Origin: the human T2T-CHM13v2.0 reference genome, Homo sapiens | DNA: 64,000 nt | Assembly: GCF_009914755.1 (NCBI RefSeq) | Contig: NC_060933.1 | Strand: one strand, 5' to 3' | In this document: piece by piece, positions 28,576-41,538 of the stretch | How positions within the stretch are numbered: the first letter of the stretch is position 1 | Layout of the letters: each line of letters starts with the position of its first letter | Notes under the pieces: model-generated | What the model saw: only the letters and a program-made list of their open reading frames with translations | The model's database searches: none | What the model was told of the DNA's origin: nothing | Translations under genes and position numbers: made by a program

Positions 28576-29319
28576 GTAATCTCTGAATTTACAAAATTCT
28601 TTTAGGGATACACAGCAAATAAATAAATACATACATACATACATAAAATTGCTGTAGACAAGCAGAATAAAGAAACAGGCATGGCAACACCTCTTTGCTG
28701 TTAGGATCTTGAAGATGTTTCGCCTCTCCCACTCTTCCCAATAGAACCTGGGTGCCAGAGACTACCTGGGACAGCTCTACTGACATCATCAGCACGTGAT
28801 TCTAGCCTCATTAACTCTAACTTGGGAAAAGTGCTTCTGGAGGAAAGGGAAGAGATTCTAAGGTAAAAGCAACTCTTTGTTAAGGGTGAGGTCAGGTTTT
28901 GTGAGAAGAGCGCATGGGATGGCCCAAGTTAGAAGTCACAAAGATGGTCTGGTCTTAGAGAGAGAGAGGGTGCGCCTGCCAAGAGAGAAGCAAAGGCAGG
29001 ACCTGGGAACATGCTGAGAGGGTTTGTCTGTAGCTCACGAGGAAAGTCTCATTTGGGGTATAGTTTCTCTTATTTCAGGGTAGAGTTTCTTCTCATTACC
29101 TCATTTCAGTAGTTCAGTCTGTCAGTGTGGTGTGCGATGAGATAGGGTAAGAGAGAGAAACGTGACCTGCGTCTCAGGGAGGGAGCATTTTATCTAGAAG
29201 AGTGAGTCCAGGATTGCTGGTCATTACTAGCAGGATGTGAAAGGGAGCCCCACAGGGGTGGGAGGGCAAGGAAGGAGCAAGCCATGGTGGGGACTATGCT
29301 AATGGTTTCCGGAGGAGGC

Positions 29320-29500
29320 AGATTTGGTGTCCAACCCCAGCCCCACCTCTTACCGCCTGGGTAAATGGGGCTATTACTTAGATGCTTTGAATTCGGGGAA
29401 GCCTTTACAGTAAACCCAATATAACTCTACAGGCTTGTTGTGAAAATTAAATGGCACTGTATAGCAAGCACTCAACATATAGTTAGTGGCTATCATTAGT
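29320..29500 (+). mobile_element. MIR
   Basis: ACAGGCTTGTTGTGAAAATTAAATG...AAGCACTCAAC. Confidence 0.6.
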
Positions 29501-30524
29501 ATTTGCTGAAGAAAATATGGAAAAGTTAAAAGAGAAGCTTGAATGAACCATATCCCCTCACCTGAAGGCAATTATTGGAATGCTTTTAGAGTAGTTATTT
29601 CTATTTTTTCTTAATTTTGGCATTAAGGCAGCTTTTATTGAATAGAAAGAGAAGAACAATGTGAATAACCCCTGTAAGAGAAGACGTGACTCAGTTGTTC
29701 CCTGAGAAGAGAAAAGAGGTTCATTAGTTACAAAATCATGTGAGTTTCAGCTTTTACTTATTTTTTTGTTGTTCAGTCATTCATCTATGGCATGTGATTT
29801 ATATCACATTCATACTCAGAGGCACAGCGGCATGTTTCGTAAATCTAGCAAATACATAAACAGCAGCTATATTTCCCTGTTTGTATGGAAGTGAAACCAA
29901 AGTAGATTGGGGAAAAGAAGCTGGAAAATTAAGAGAAGTGGAGGTTGGGGGGGCATTTTGGAAAAATAATGTGATTATGTATAACTTGCCAATCCACATT
30001 CAAATCCAAGTTGAGACCCCCTGCAGGGGACAGCTACAAGGACATTATTTCCCTGATCATCAGCCTGGAGCTCTTTTCCAGAGAGCTGATGTGTCTGTAT
30101 GAGATTTGTACATGATTTCTCATAAGGTTCTTTTCTTGATCTTCAAGCAGGAATTACAAGACAGACATAGTAAGCTTGCTGACACACCTCTTATTCTCTC
30201 TGGAACTGACCATAAGCCAGAATACATTTGATTATCTGATTTAGTGGAGAACATAGTAAAAAGAATAAAATGGATGATATAAAAATTGCACCAGCATATA
30301 CTTAACTAAGGTAGCTATATCCTTTTCAATTTCTTTATACATAAAAGAAAGTTGCTATACCAGGTAATCTTAATATTTCCATCCAATTTTAATATTCCAT
30401 GTATTGAGAATAATAGCTAATATTTATTCATTGGTCTACATGCATCGACTCATTTGTAAATATCATATGGTTGCAGATTTACCTTTAGGCCAGTATTAAC
30501 ATTAGTCCACATTCTGAAAGGGAA

Positions 30525-30712
30525 TGCTGGTTAAAATTTATCATGCATGAGAATCACCTGGAGAGAGTGTTAAAATGCAGATTGCTGGGCTCTGCCCCCA
30601 GTGATTCTGATTTAGCAGGCCTAGTGCAGTGCCCAAGAACTGTTATTTCTAATAAAGTCTTAGGTACTGCTGGTGCTGCCATTCTGACACCTGTGGACTT
30701 AAAGCAGCTCTG
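30525..30712. mobile_element. MER5A DNA transposon
   Basis: GAATCACCTGGAGAG...AAAATGCAGATTGCTGGGC...GATTCTGATTTAGCAGG. Confidence 0.8.
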
Positions 30713-30816
30713 TTCTAAGCTTGGGAGGGGCGGCGTCCAAAGTCAGGCTGCACATTAAAAAGTACAGCAGCTAAATCAGGAAGCTGATGAGTTACATACA
30801 GATAATGGAGGATAAC

Positions 30817-31241
30817 TGCTACTGTCTGAATGTTTGCATCCCCCCCAAATTTATATTTTAGAATCCTAACCCCCAAGGTGATGGTGTTAGGAGGTGGGGC
30901 ATTTTGGGAGGTGATTAGGTCCTATAGGCAGAGCCTTCATGATAAGGATTAGTGCCCTAATAAAAAGGGACCCCTCTCAAGATCATTCTTGTTGGTCAAA
31001 AAAATTAATAAGATAAAAAATAAAAGGGACCCCAGAGACCTGCCTTCTCCTTCCACTGTGTGGAAACACAGCAAAAGGGCAATTCTGTGAACCAGGAAGC
31101 AGGTCTGCACCAGACACTGGATCTGCCGGTGCCTGGATCTTGGACTTCCCAGCCTCCAGAACTGCGAGAAATACATTTTTAGCTTTCATAAGTGACCCTG
31201 TCTATGGTATTTTGTCACAGCAGCCCAAATGGACTAAGACA
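30817..31241 (+). mobile_element. MLT1A-type MaLR solo LTR
   Basis: TGCTACTGTCTGAATG...GGACTAAGACA with 5-bp TSD ATAAC. Confidence 0.9.
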
Positions 31242-31614
31242 ATAACTGTATCATTTAATCACAAGTGTGTAGTACTTGTGGGCAGTTCACTTTGCCACAT
31301 TTTGAAACTATTGCCACATCATTTCAAAGCTATAATAATAGCTTATCTTCTTAGGGATGGCTTGACACAAATAAACTTCCTAGAAAGGATAAATGAAGGA
31401 TAGAATGACCTTGAAGAGCCTTAACTCCACATGTATGCCGACAAATGAGCACTTCCCTTTCATTCGTATTTGTTGCATAAGCATCTGAGGCATAGTACAA
31501 AGAGCACTTTAACCTCTTCCACGTTTCCACTTCTTTAACCCCAAAGTGCAGACGGTAACACCTGTACCAAAGACTTGCTGGGAAGATTTAGTGAATAACG
31601 CATATGAAAGCAAC

Positions 31615-31875
31615 AACACTCCCCAGGAAAATCATCCCTGACTTGCCTGCAAATCAATCCCCATTCTCTCAGGGCACCTCATTCTTTTCTTTCAGAACAC
31701 TTATCATGGATTGGAACTATGTATTTGAGAGGGAGGATGGTAATTTGATTAATATCTCTCTCCCTCACGCTATTGTAAACTCCATGAATATCTATTTTTC
31801 CTATTGTTAAATCCACAACACTTAACCTGGTTGTGGTTCATAGTAGACAATCGAAATATTTGTAGAATGAATGAC
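31615..31875 (+). mobile_element. L2 3' end
   Basis: Ends ...AAATATTTGTAGAATGAATGA. Confidence 0.65.
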
Positions 31876-32195
31876 AATGATTGGCCCATGGTAAAAATTC
31901 AGTTAATATCCATTTAAAAATCAATATATATACGTACAAAATATGAGGTACAATCAAAATGAGAAGTTAAGGAAGGTATTCTTAATAATTAAGAACTGCA
32001 ACATGACAATAGAACTGACTGCACAGTCAACACAGCATTGGCAGAAAACTGCTGAAGTCTCTAAGCTCCTTGCCACTATAAAGCAAACATGAAGACTCTT
32101 GTGTTTAAGAATTGTATCATTACCTACTAGAAAAAAAATTAAGCTGAGCCACTAATCTCTGGGGTTGTCCTTCTTTGTTTAAGAATCTACTTCGT

Positions 32196-32489
<294 letters not shown>

Positions 32490-35286
32490 CTACTTCACCT
32501 CTGATTTCTTCAAATGCCTTGCCTGTTCTTTCTGAGCCCTCCTTAACAGAAAATTGAAATCAGGGGTAAGCAGAGATTCTTAGAATTTACAAGCATAATG
32601 CAGATTTGCAGCTCAATAATTCCTACAGGTCTGCCAAATTTGTCAAATTTATAATGATGGTCTGGGGGAAAAATTGCTCAATTAGATTGCCAAGAACACT
32701 GACATGCACAGAGAACGTAAATTTTTACCTTTCAAGGATCAAAATTAATTTTTGGTATGAGGATATTATTAGTATGACAGTTTTACTGTACAAATTAAAA
32801 ATAGGAATTGCATAATAGGACAAAGACACTATATCACCGAGCTCTTAGTCAATGTGCACTGCAATGTGTGTTTTCTTGGAAGAAAGAGAAATAAACAGCT
32901 CAGTTCCTGAGGCAGAAGACAAGGCAGCAGCATATACAAGCTAATTGCAGACAATAAAAATACATCTTAAAACAATTTTTATATACACCTAAGTGTAAAA
33001 TAGACCATTTTAGACAGGTTTCCTGAGCTCTGCAATCAGAACCAAGCCTACTGTGCTGTGCTATTTGTCAGATACAGCATTAGTTTGGGAAGCTTTCAAA
33101 ATAAATTCAAGTTTTCTATAGTTTTACAGTAAGGGTCTGTGCTCCTTCTTCTGCCACTAATTTTTATATTTGGAAAATCATGTCAATATAGAAAAAGGAT
33201 TCCAAGTACACGCTGAAGAGGGAATATTTTTGATATTTATGTATATAGTTTTCGGTTTATTATGGTGAAAGGAAACAGGGTTCCAAGTCAAAAGATCTGT
33301 GTTTCCATCTTGTTTTCACAAGCTGGCATACGTTTTTAACCTCTCTGTCCCTCAAGTGTCCCCTTCTGAAAAAAGGGGGTTGATAGTAAAGCTAACCTCC
33401 AGGATAATGGCCAGGGTTGCCGTCTTCATTTTTATTTATTTGGGCTAATTTAAAGCTAGCTTCCATTCCAGAAACAGGCACACTTCTGTAGCCTAAGGCA
33501 TGGCAATAGGAATAATACATACAAAAGTACTTAGTAATATCAAGAACTACACATAGAAATTTATTGGTGTTATTTTACAAACCTTCCCAAATAAGGAAGG
33601 AACATAGCTGCTGGCCATTGGTAGAAACACTCCCAAATGGCCACTTGTGAGCCGAACCTCCCGCAGGTTTCCTGAGCCCAGGCCTCGTTAGGTCTTTCAG
33701 AGTGGGCAGTGCTCAGTGCTTCACATCGACCTTCAGTGGTACCTGCCAATTATCTTTCCCAGGTACCTGCTGAGAGGGCTGTGCTTTAGAACAGCTGCAA
33801 TCTCTGCTCTTTAAAAATAGAAAACCACTTTAACTTGTGTAGGCTTAACACAAGTGGGAGCAGAGAGCTACCTCAACCTTAGTACTATCAAAGATTTACC
33901 TCCTCCTTTGTATCTTAAAACAATCTAGATTTTTTCCTCGAACAAGTTATTTTTCTGAATATTTGAAATGAACCAGCCAAATAGCATATTTCTTGGTGAA
34001 TCAATTCTAATGAAAAATGGATTACTGCAACTTTTTCAGTTTCTTCATGTACATTACTACAATTGAGAGAAATGATCATCTTTGAGGATGATTTTCAAAC
34101 ATCACTAGTCTACAGGCTGTAAACCATCAATTCACACAAAAAGGAAATTAGCATATATATGCATATGAGTGTATACATTATATATACATGCACATGTATA
34201 TATAAGATCAGATGCTCAAGCTTATTAAATCTGGAAAATGTGAAATGAAAATCTAAAGAAAATATTCTTCCACTTTGTAGAATTGCAAAGATTTTTTAAG
34301 TTGCTTCAGTTAAAGGACAGAGAAATAAGTAGCATGTCACTGATTATGGATAGGTGAACTGGCAAATCTCTTTGGAGGATGGCGTCTACCAAATTTCAAA
34401 GTACTCATGTCTTATTACTCAGCAATTCCGCTTCTAAAAAATGGACTACAGATGGACTGGAATCAAATCTTACGATGAGGCTAGATTTTAAAGTCAAAAT
34501 CTAAGCAAAAATCACAAATTTACCCTGAAGTCCCCTCAGTTGCCGGCAAAGAACAACACATCCTATAGAGTTACAATGGCATAGTCTGCATAGAATTGAC
34601 TACTGTTCTTATGTGGATTATTTTGGAAGTATGAAGTTCAGCGTTGGCCGGTTTTCAGAGGTGTTGACATCATGTGCAGAAGCTTGGTTACTGGGGTGAG
34701 ACTGTTGTTGCTTAGGATGAAGAGGTGTGTTTATTGGAGTGAGTGCCATCCCTGACAGGCTTTTAGAAGGGTGGGGTTAACATGGATCCATTGGCTTGTC
34801 TGAGTTCTGGTAGCTCCTTATTTTCATGGCAACAGAACCATCCAGCTTTTCCCAAATTTGTGGCAATTTTTAATTCTCTTTAGAAGAGCTTACTCAAATG
34901 TCTTTTGATGCAACTCTGCTTTATAATCACACAAGTGCTGGAAATGTGTGGACAAGGATATTTACTGCCTAAAGAGATTGCAAACAACTTAAGAAGGTGA
35001 TTAAATACATTTGGTACAGCCATACTATGGAATACAATGTAGCTATGTTAAACAGGAGGGAAACTGGATAGTAGTACTGATGTGGAGCAATCTCCATGAC
35101 ATGGTGGTAAGTGAAAAAAGCAACGATGCACAATAGGTTCTGATCTAGACATAGAACTCTCTGGAAGGATAAAAAAAGAAACATTAAAAGTGCCTCAAGA
35201 GAGAAGAACTGGGAGCCTTTCGGTGAGGGTAGCAGAGGAGACTTACTCTTCACCATGGACTCATTTCTTTTTTCTCTCTTTTCCAG

Positions 35287-35421
35287 GCTGTGTGCCCCAT
35301 TCTTATTACTCTATCTCAGTGGGTCTCAATCCCGGCTACACATTGGAATCACTTGGAAAGCTTTAAAAATAAAACCAAACCTGTGCTTGGGCTCCACCAT
35401 AGGTGTTCACCACAGCTGTCA
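35287..35421 (+). other. Candidate exon (135 nt) of a plus-strand non-coding transcript
   Basis: Branch-like CTCAT, long pyrimidine tract and ttccag|GCT acceptor; donor TCA|gtaagt; contains a MER5-like fragment. Confidence 0.4.
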
Positions 35422-36841
35422 GTAAGTATCTGCAGCAAATTAGATCGGTGAGCACTTAGCCTAAATGGAAGAAAGAGCAGCAGAAATGGCTTAAGATAGG
35501 TTAGGACTGCTGAATGCTGTGTCTCCGTTTCCCTCAGCGCCTGCATTTAAATACTCACAAGTCCTATGAACTGAATCTCCTGAAATAGAGCTCCTTAGAG
35601 GCCACAAGTCCTGGGCATTAATGTGCACTATCCCATTTGATTTTCACAACTACTCAGAGGGGCCATTTCCCCATTTTTTCTAGGGAGGGAAACTAAAACT
35701 CATACAAGGGGATTAATGAGCCGTAAGTCAGCAGAGTCAGTGCTCAAAAACTGGAAATCTTAGACTCGAAATTCCATTCTCTTTCCACACTGCCCCATCA
35801 AACTCCTCTCTTTTACATGATTTTTCCGGTCAGTTTTCCAGACTGCTTTGCATAACAGTAGTCTCAACACACATGAAAAAGATATCTTAAACCTTAGCAC
35901 ATCACGCCATCAGCCAAAACTCTCCTCTTATTCTTCCCCTTTCCCTTTGTTAAATATTTGCTCAAGGTTTGGCAGACCTGGGGTGAACACCCTTCTTAAT
36001 TCTTAGGCCAGGTTAATCAGATTCCACTTTCTTCATCATTTTTAGGCAGAATTATACTGCCCAGAAATCCATGCACCATACACTTTCCACCCCACCCCCT
36101 ACTCCATGCCTCCTAAGGGGGTCTCACCCTTTGGGATGTTTCTGGTATTTCGGTTCTTCATAAACCGGAAGTCTGTTTTCTCTACATTCTCTATTTAGTT
36201 AGTGCAGGGTTGACATATTCGCATGTATGTCTTTCCTCCGCCTCCTAAATCAGTGCCTCCAGGGCCCCTGAAGTACTTTTAGCAATCTTCTCTCAAATCT
36301 TTCCAGCCTCTTGCATGCAATTGAGAGGCTCAGAACTCAACACAGCCAGCCAGGTGTGGTCTCCAGAGAACTCCATAGCGATTATTACTACAGTGAGAAG
36401 AGAACTCATTAATTCAAAATAAAGCGGAGCAGGAACAAAGTCATGTCAGAATGACTGAAATTTCTAGGGCTCCAGCTGGTGTTTGGTGAGGGTTGGTTGG
36501 GGGAGGGAGAAGAGGATACAAACCACCAGCAGAACACAATATTGACACGATGCGAGACCCTCGGTCAGATTGCTGAAGGCGCTGTAAGAGCAAAATATCC
36601 ACACCGGCTGCTTGTTTTTTCTCTTGGGTTGGGATTGGGTGGATTAAGTAGGTGGATTTGTTCATTTTTATTTAACTTTCAACAATTGCACAAGTACTCC
36701 ATAAAGAAAGTAGGAGCTACAGAAAGTAAAGCGAAGCAAATAAAAGTCATAATTCATGCATCCAGGGACAATCATTGTTAATATTTTGATGCATATCCTC
36801 TAGATATTTTTCCTATATGCCTGTGTCTAAAATTATTTTTA

Positions 36842-37221
<380 letters not shown>

Positions 37222-37255
37222 TTAAGCCAGATTTTCCAGGCAGGCATATGGCAGC

Positions 37256-37342
37256 ATGCTGGGGTACCACCTATGCTGGGGTACCACCTATGCTGGGCTA
37301 CCACCTATGCTGGGGTACCACCTATGCTGGGGTACCACCTAT
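37256..37342. repeat. Minisatellite, 5 x 17 bp ATGCTGGGGTACCACCT
   Basis: Five contiguous copies; one substitution in copy 3. Confidence 0.97.
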
Positions 37343-37889
37343 ACTGTACCAAGGCCTGGGGTGGCCAGAACCCCTTGTTTATTTCCCTCTAGCCATGAGC
37401 AGCCTCCACAGACACTATATAATGGTTATCAATGCATGTCATAACATGAAAAAGATTGGGAAGCACTAATTAAGCTTCAGTTTTCTTATCTGTACTATAG
37501 GGTTTAGCTTGGCCCCAATTTGTTCACTGACTTACTGCATCTTCTTAGGTGAACGTTGAATCTACCGGTACTTCAGTTTCTACATGGCGGAAAACAAAGG
37601 GTTCAACTAAATTATTATACTTTCCGGATGCTTTCCAAGTCCACAACTCTGCCGTAATGACTAATGTCAAAGAAAAAGAAAACAAACTTAGAATTATGTT
37701 TCAGTACAGAACATATCAGAAACACTTTTATTATGCCCATCACAGAGGACAGAAAACAACGCCAGTGTCATTTTCTCCTGTACAACCTAGTGGGTTCACC
37801 ATGAGGTCATAACATGGTTAAGGGATTGACAGGAGGCACAAATATGTATTGCTACTAAGTCTGGTACTAACTATTCTTTATGACTATGC

Positions 37890-38230
37890 AGATCATTCAC
37901 CCATTCTACCATTTACCAGAGAACTACTGACAGCCTACTGTGTGCCATGCACTGCTCTGCATTGATATATAGTTATTCAAAAAATCCCAATTGCCTTTTT
38001 CATTGAGCTTATAGCCTAGTGGAAGAAGCAGGCAATAAACAAATGACTAATTAAATATATGACGTGTCAGGACGTAAGAAGGGATCTGTAATAAATAAAG
38101 CAGAACAAAAGGGATGGATGGATCAGGAGTTGGGGGTAGGGGCCAGGGAAGGCTTCTCTGATGACATTCGAGCAGAGGATAAAGGTGTGAGATTGAGCCA
38201 CAAAACTATCAGGGGACTAGTGTTCCAGGT
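37890..38230 (-). mobile_element. L2 fragment
   Basis: GCCTACTGTGTGCCATGCACTG...GAGCTTATAGCCTAGTGG...GGAAGGCTTCTCTGA. Confidence 0.7.
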
Positions 38231-38451
38231 TAAGTCTTGATGTCCATAAGATTCACCCTTATAATTTTAAAAGACATTAAGAATACACATACAAATGTTT
38301 ATTACATATAAATAAAGTACAAATACTACTACTGAAAGAAATATTAACATACCTACTACCCAGGTTAGGATAAAATATATATTTACCAGTAATTGTGAGA
38401 CACCCCACATGCCAATGTTTAATTTTTCAATGATCTTTAAATACTAATTTT

Positions 38452-38740
38452 GGTCTGGGCACAGTGGCTAATGGCCGCATTCCCAACACTTTGGGAGAAC
38501 GAGGTAGGGGGATCATTTGAAGCCAGGAGTTTGTGACCAGCCTGGGCAAAATAGTGAGACCCTGTCTCTATTAAAAAAATTAAAAATTAGCCAGGTATAG
38601 TGGTAAACTCCTGTAGTCCTAGCTACTTGGGAGGTTGAGGTGAGAGGACTGCCTAAGCTTTGGAGTTCAAGGTTATAGTGAGCTGTAATCACACCACTGC
38701 AGTCCAGCCTGGGCAACGGAGCAAGACCCTTCTCTAAAAG
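38452..38740 (+). mobile_element. AluJ; a FLAM/AluJ monomer follows at ~39140-39272 and (TG)n at ~38920-38948
   Basis: Diverged Alu with TSD remnant TAATTTT. Confidence 0.9.
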
Positions 38741-38915
38741 AATGTAATTTTGTAGAAGAATATGAAAGAACAGGAGAAAATAGTCAAGCGTATTATTAAA
38801 CGAAAAAGGCAGGTTGAAAAGCAGCCTCACAATATGTTCCCCTTAATGTGGAAAACCCAGGTATATAATATTAAATAGCCAATAGTACTGAGAGCTAATT
38901 ATGTGCACAGCTCTA

Positions 38916-38949
<34 letters not shown>

Positions 38950-40980
38950 GTGGGTACGTAATACAGAAGTGCATTTAGAATTTATTTTTCATGGCTCTTT
39001 CTTAATAGTGGCATGCGAAACGATGTTTTACTCTTTCTGTATTGCCCTGTATTTTAAAGATTTCCACAGTGAGCACATATTACTTTGTATAAGCTGCTAT
39101 TTAAAAATGATTGAAAGCTTTTTCAATCATTGATTGGGATGGGACTACAGGCATGACTGGCACATGTCTGTAATCCCATCTATTTGGGAGGCTGAGGTAG
39201 AAGGATCACTTGAGTCTAGGAGTTAAAGGCCAGGCTAGGCAACATGGTAAGACCTTGCCTCTAAAAAAATAAAAGCGATTTTTAAAAATATTACATTTTT
39301 TTCACTAAAGGACATTTAAAAGGATTTACTTCAGGCAGAAGGGAAATGATCCCAAGTGGAAGGTGTGAGATACAAGAGCCATGGTGAATGTGTGGGTAAA
39401 TCTAAACCCAGGATTGACTACGCAAAACAGCAGTAATAATGTCAAGTGTGTGTGCATAGAGACAAGCCATAAGTAAAAGACTGGGCGACAGTTGCATTTA
39501 GCATGAGAGGGGGTTATCAGGGCCATCACATTGCATGACTTCAACGGCATCGTTCACAAAGTGCAGAGGGAGCCAGGGAGTGAGAAGAAAAACTAAGTTT
39601 GCCTTAAGTGCTCCTTTCAAGCCATTGAAATTGAGAAAGAGAAAAAGGAGTTTCAGACCACATTTGAAGGAGGCATCTCCGCAAAACATGAGGTCGAGTT
39701 TTACATTTTAAAAGGCAAAGGCAGACAATACACCTTTGAAAATTGATAATCTCTTAGGAACTTAGGGTCAGGAAAATAAAGAATGGCGATAATTTATAAG
39801 TAAGCAAGCTTTTAGCAATTAGGCCATTTCATCTTAACAAATTTAGCTAACCACTCCCTATAGTTCACAAGGTATTCATAAATTCTCTAAACAAAAGCAA
39901 TTTATTGTGTGCAACATGGGCAACTGAACGTTTGGTGAAATTGTTTCATAGTTTAAAAAATAATTTAATGTGATTTCTAATTTCACGTTTTTTTCTCTTT
40001 CCACACTAGGTATAAATCAATGCATCTTGGTTCCATTCTTCATCATTTGCTGGTAGCTAAATTATGGTAAATTCAGCTAAGGACATTTTAAAATCCTGTT
40101 TAATTTGTCCACATGCTAAATATCCCAGCACACAAGAGAAAAAGCAGCATGTACTTGGATAAGACAAACCTAGGGCTTCCTTCGAGTTAAGGAACAGTCT
40201 TGGAAGTCTTGTTATAGTTAATGTTTTTTTGAGTGGATGAGCAAATGAATGAATATACAAATGGTTATGCACACAATTAAGCAAACTACTTGATCACATT
40301 CCTCCTTTTGGTTTTGCTTCCTCTACCTGTCAGTTGTCCTGAACACCTGCGGAGGTATTTTGTGCAGGATGGTTTACCACATTGGCCTTGGGAGTTGAGG
40401 AAGCACCAGCTTAGGTTCTGCCACGTGCTCTTTCCTGACAGCGAGTGCTGCTGGCTGCTGACGCCTAGAATCTCAGCACGGGAGCTGCCTTTGTCACAGA
40501 CCTTGGTTCCCCATTCAATCGAGCACCTGTGCAGTTGCCCTGTGGTCTAGCATCCCAGGCTCAGCAGTGACAGCTCCTGATGGGCTTTCACCTGACTTTC
40601 TAAATCAGTGCTGTTCTAAATCTGTGCTAAATCTGGTGACCAGCCAGAGCCTGGTCACCCCTGCATGGAGTAGGAGTGAAGCTTATGAAAAGGTGAGGTG
40701 CCAAACACACAGAGGAGAACACGGAGGAGGCCATATTGTAATAAAGAGGTAAGAAAAGATTCTGATAACATGGGAACATGTTTGAAAGTTCTTCTGACCA
40801 AAGATACTAATCTTACTCCAAAAGCTTGTATGTGAAGAAACATGGCTTATGAGTCAGATGTCAGAGAATCATAGATCCTTCAGAAACAGTGGGCATCTTA
40901 AAGGTCACATGGTTCAAAGCCCTTGCCATAGAGGAAGAAGACAGGAGGACTACTAGCTCTTGTCTATTTTCATACAGTAT

Positions 40981-41538
40981 TGCAGGGGTGGAAAGTCCTC
41001 ATTCATCATAAGGGTCACAGACAACACTCCTATAAGAAAAGACAGGTTAACATGAGAAAATCATAACAAATTTATTTAATCAAAATTTCACTTGACATGG
41101 GAAACTTCAGAAATGAAGACCCAAAGACCCAGGGAATACTGTCTATTTTTATGCTTAGGTTCAATGAAGAATGACCAGCCACGTAGAAATGTAAGTGGAC
41201 GAAAGTTATGATCTCGTGGTAATAGACTGAGGGGAGTATCCCAGCAAGGACTGTGCATTCAGATTCTTCCTGGCCTCTCTGTGTAGCATTCCTTCTTCCT
41301 GGGTATGGGGAAGGACCTCTCTGGAATGAGTCTTTAAGGGCAAAGAGAGGAGGGAGAGAGTGACCCTTTTAGGTTTTGTCTTGCTTTGGGGTCTAGTTTC
41401 TATGACCCACTTTGGGGAAGAGGAATTCTTGTTTCTATGACTCACTTCAAAGGAGGAAGGACAGGTGAGAGACAGGAGAGCAGGAGAAGGTCAGAGAAAG
41501 AGACTTTTCTTCTGAGCCTACTTCTGTGACCTTCCCAC
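40981..41538 (-). mobile_element. MER31 LTR (ERV1), 5'-truncated
   Basis: Matches reverse complement of recalled MER31 (GAAGACCCAAAGACCCAGGG; GCATTCCTTCTTCCTGGGTAT). Confidence 0.8.

Larger units (their letters stand above)
26560..28655. mobile_element. Possible old hAT-Charlie DNA transposon hosting the MER50 insertion
   Basis: CAGTAGTCTTCAAGCTGAGGTA-type start and an AT-rich degenerate body; weak evidence. Confidence 0.3.

Noticed and set aside
37256-37342. CRISPR-like array
   Set aside because: Repeats are contiguous with no unique spacers, in primate DNA with no cas genes; it is a minisatellite.
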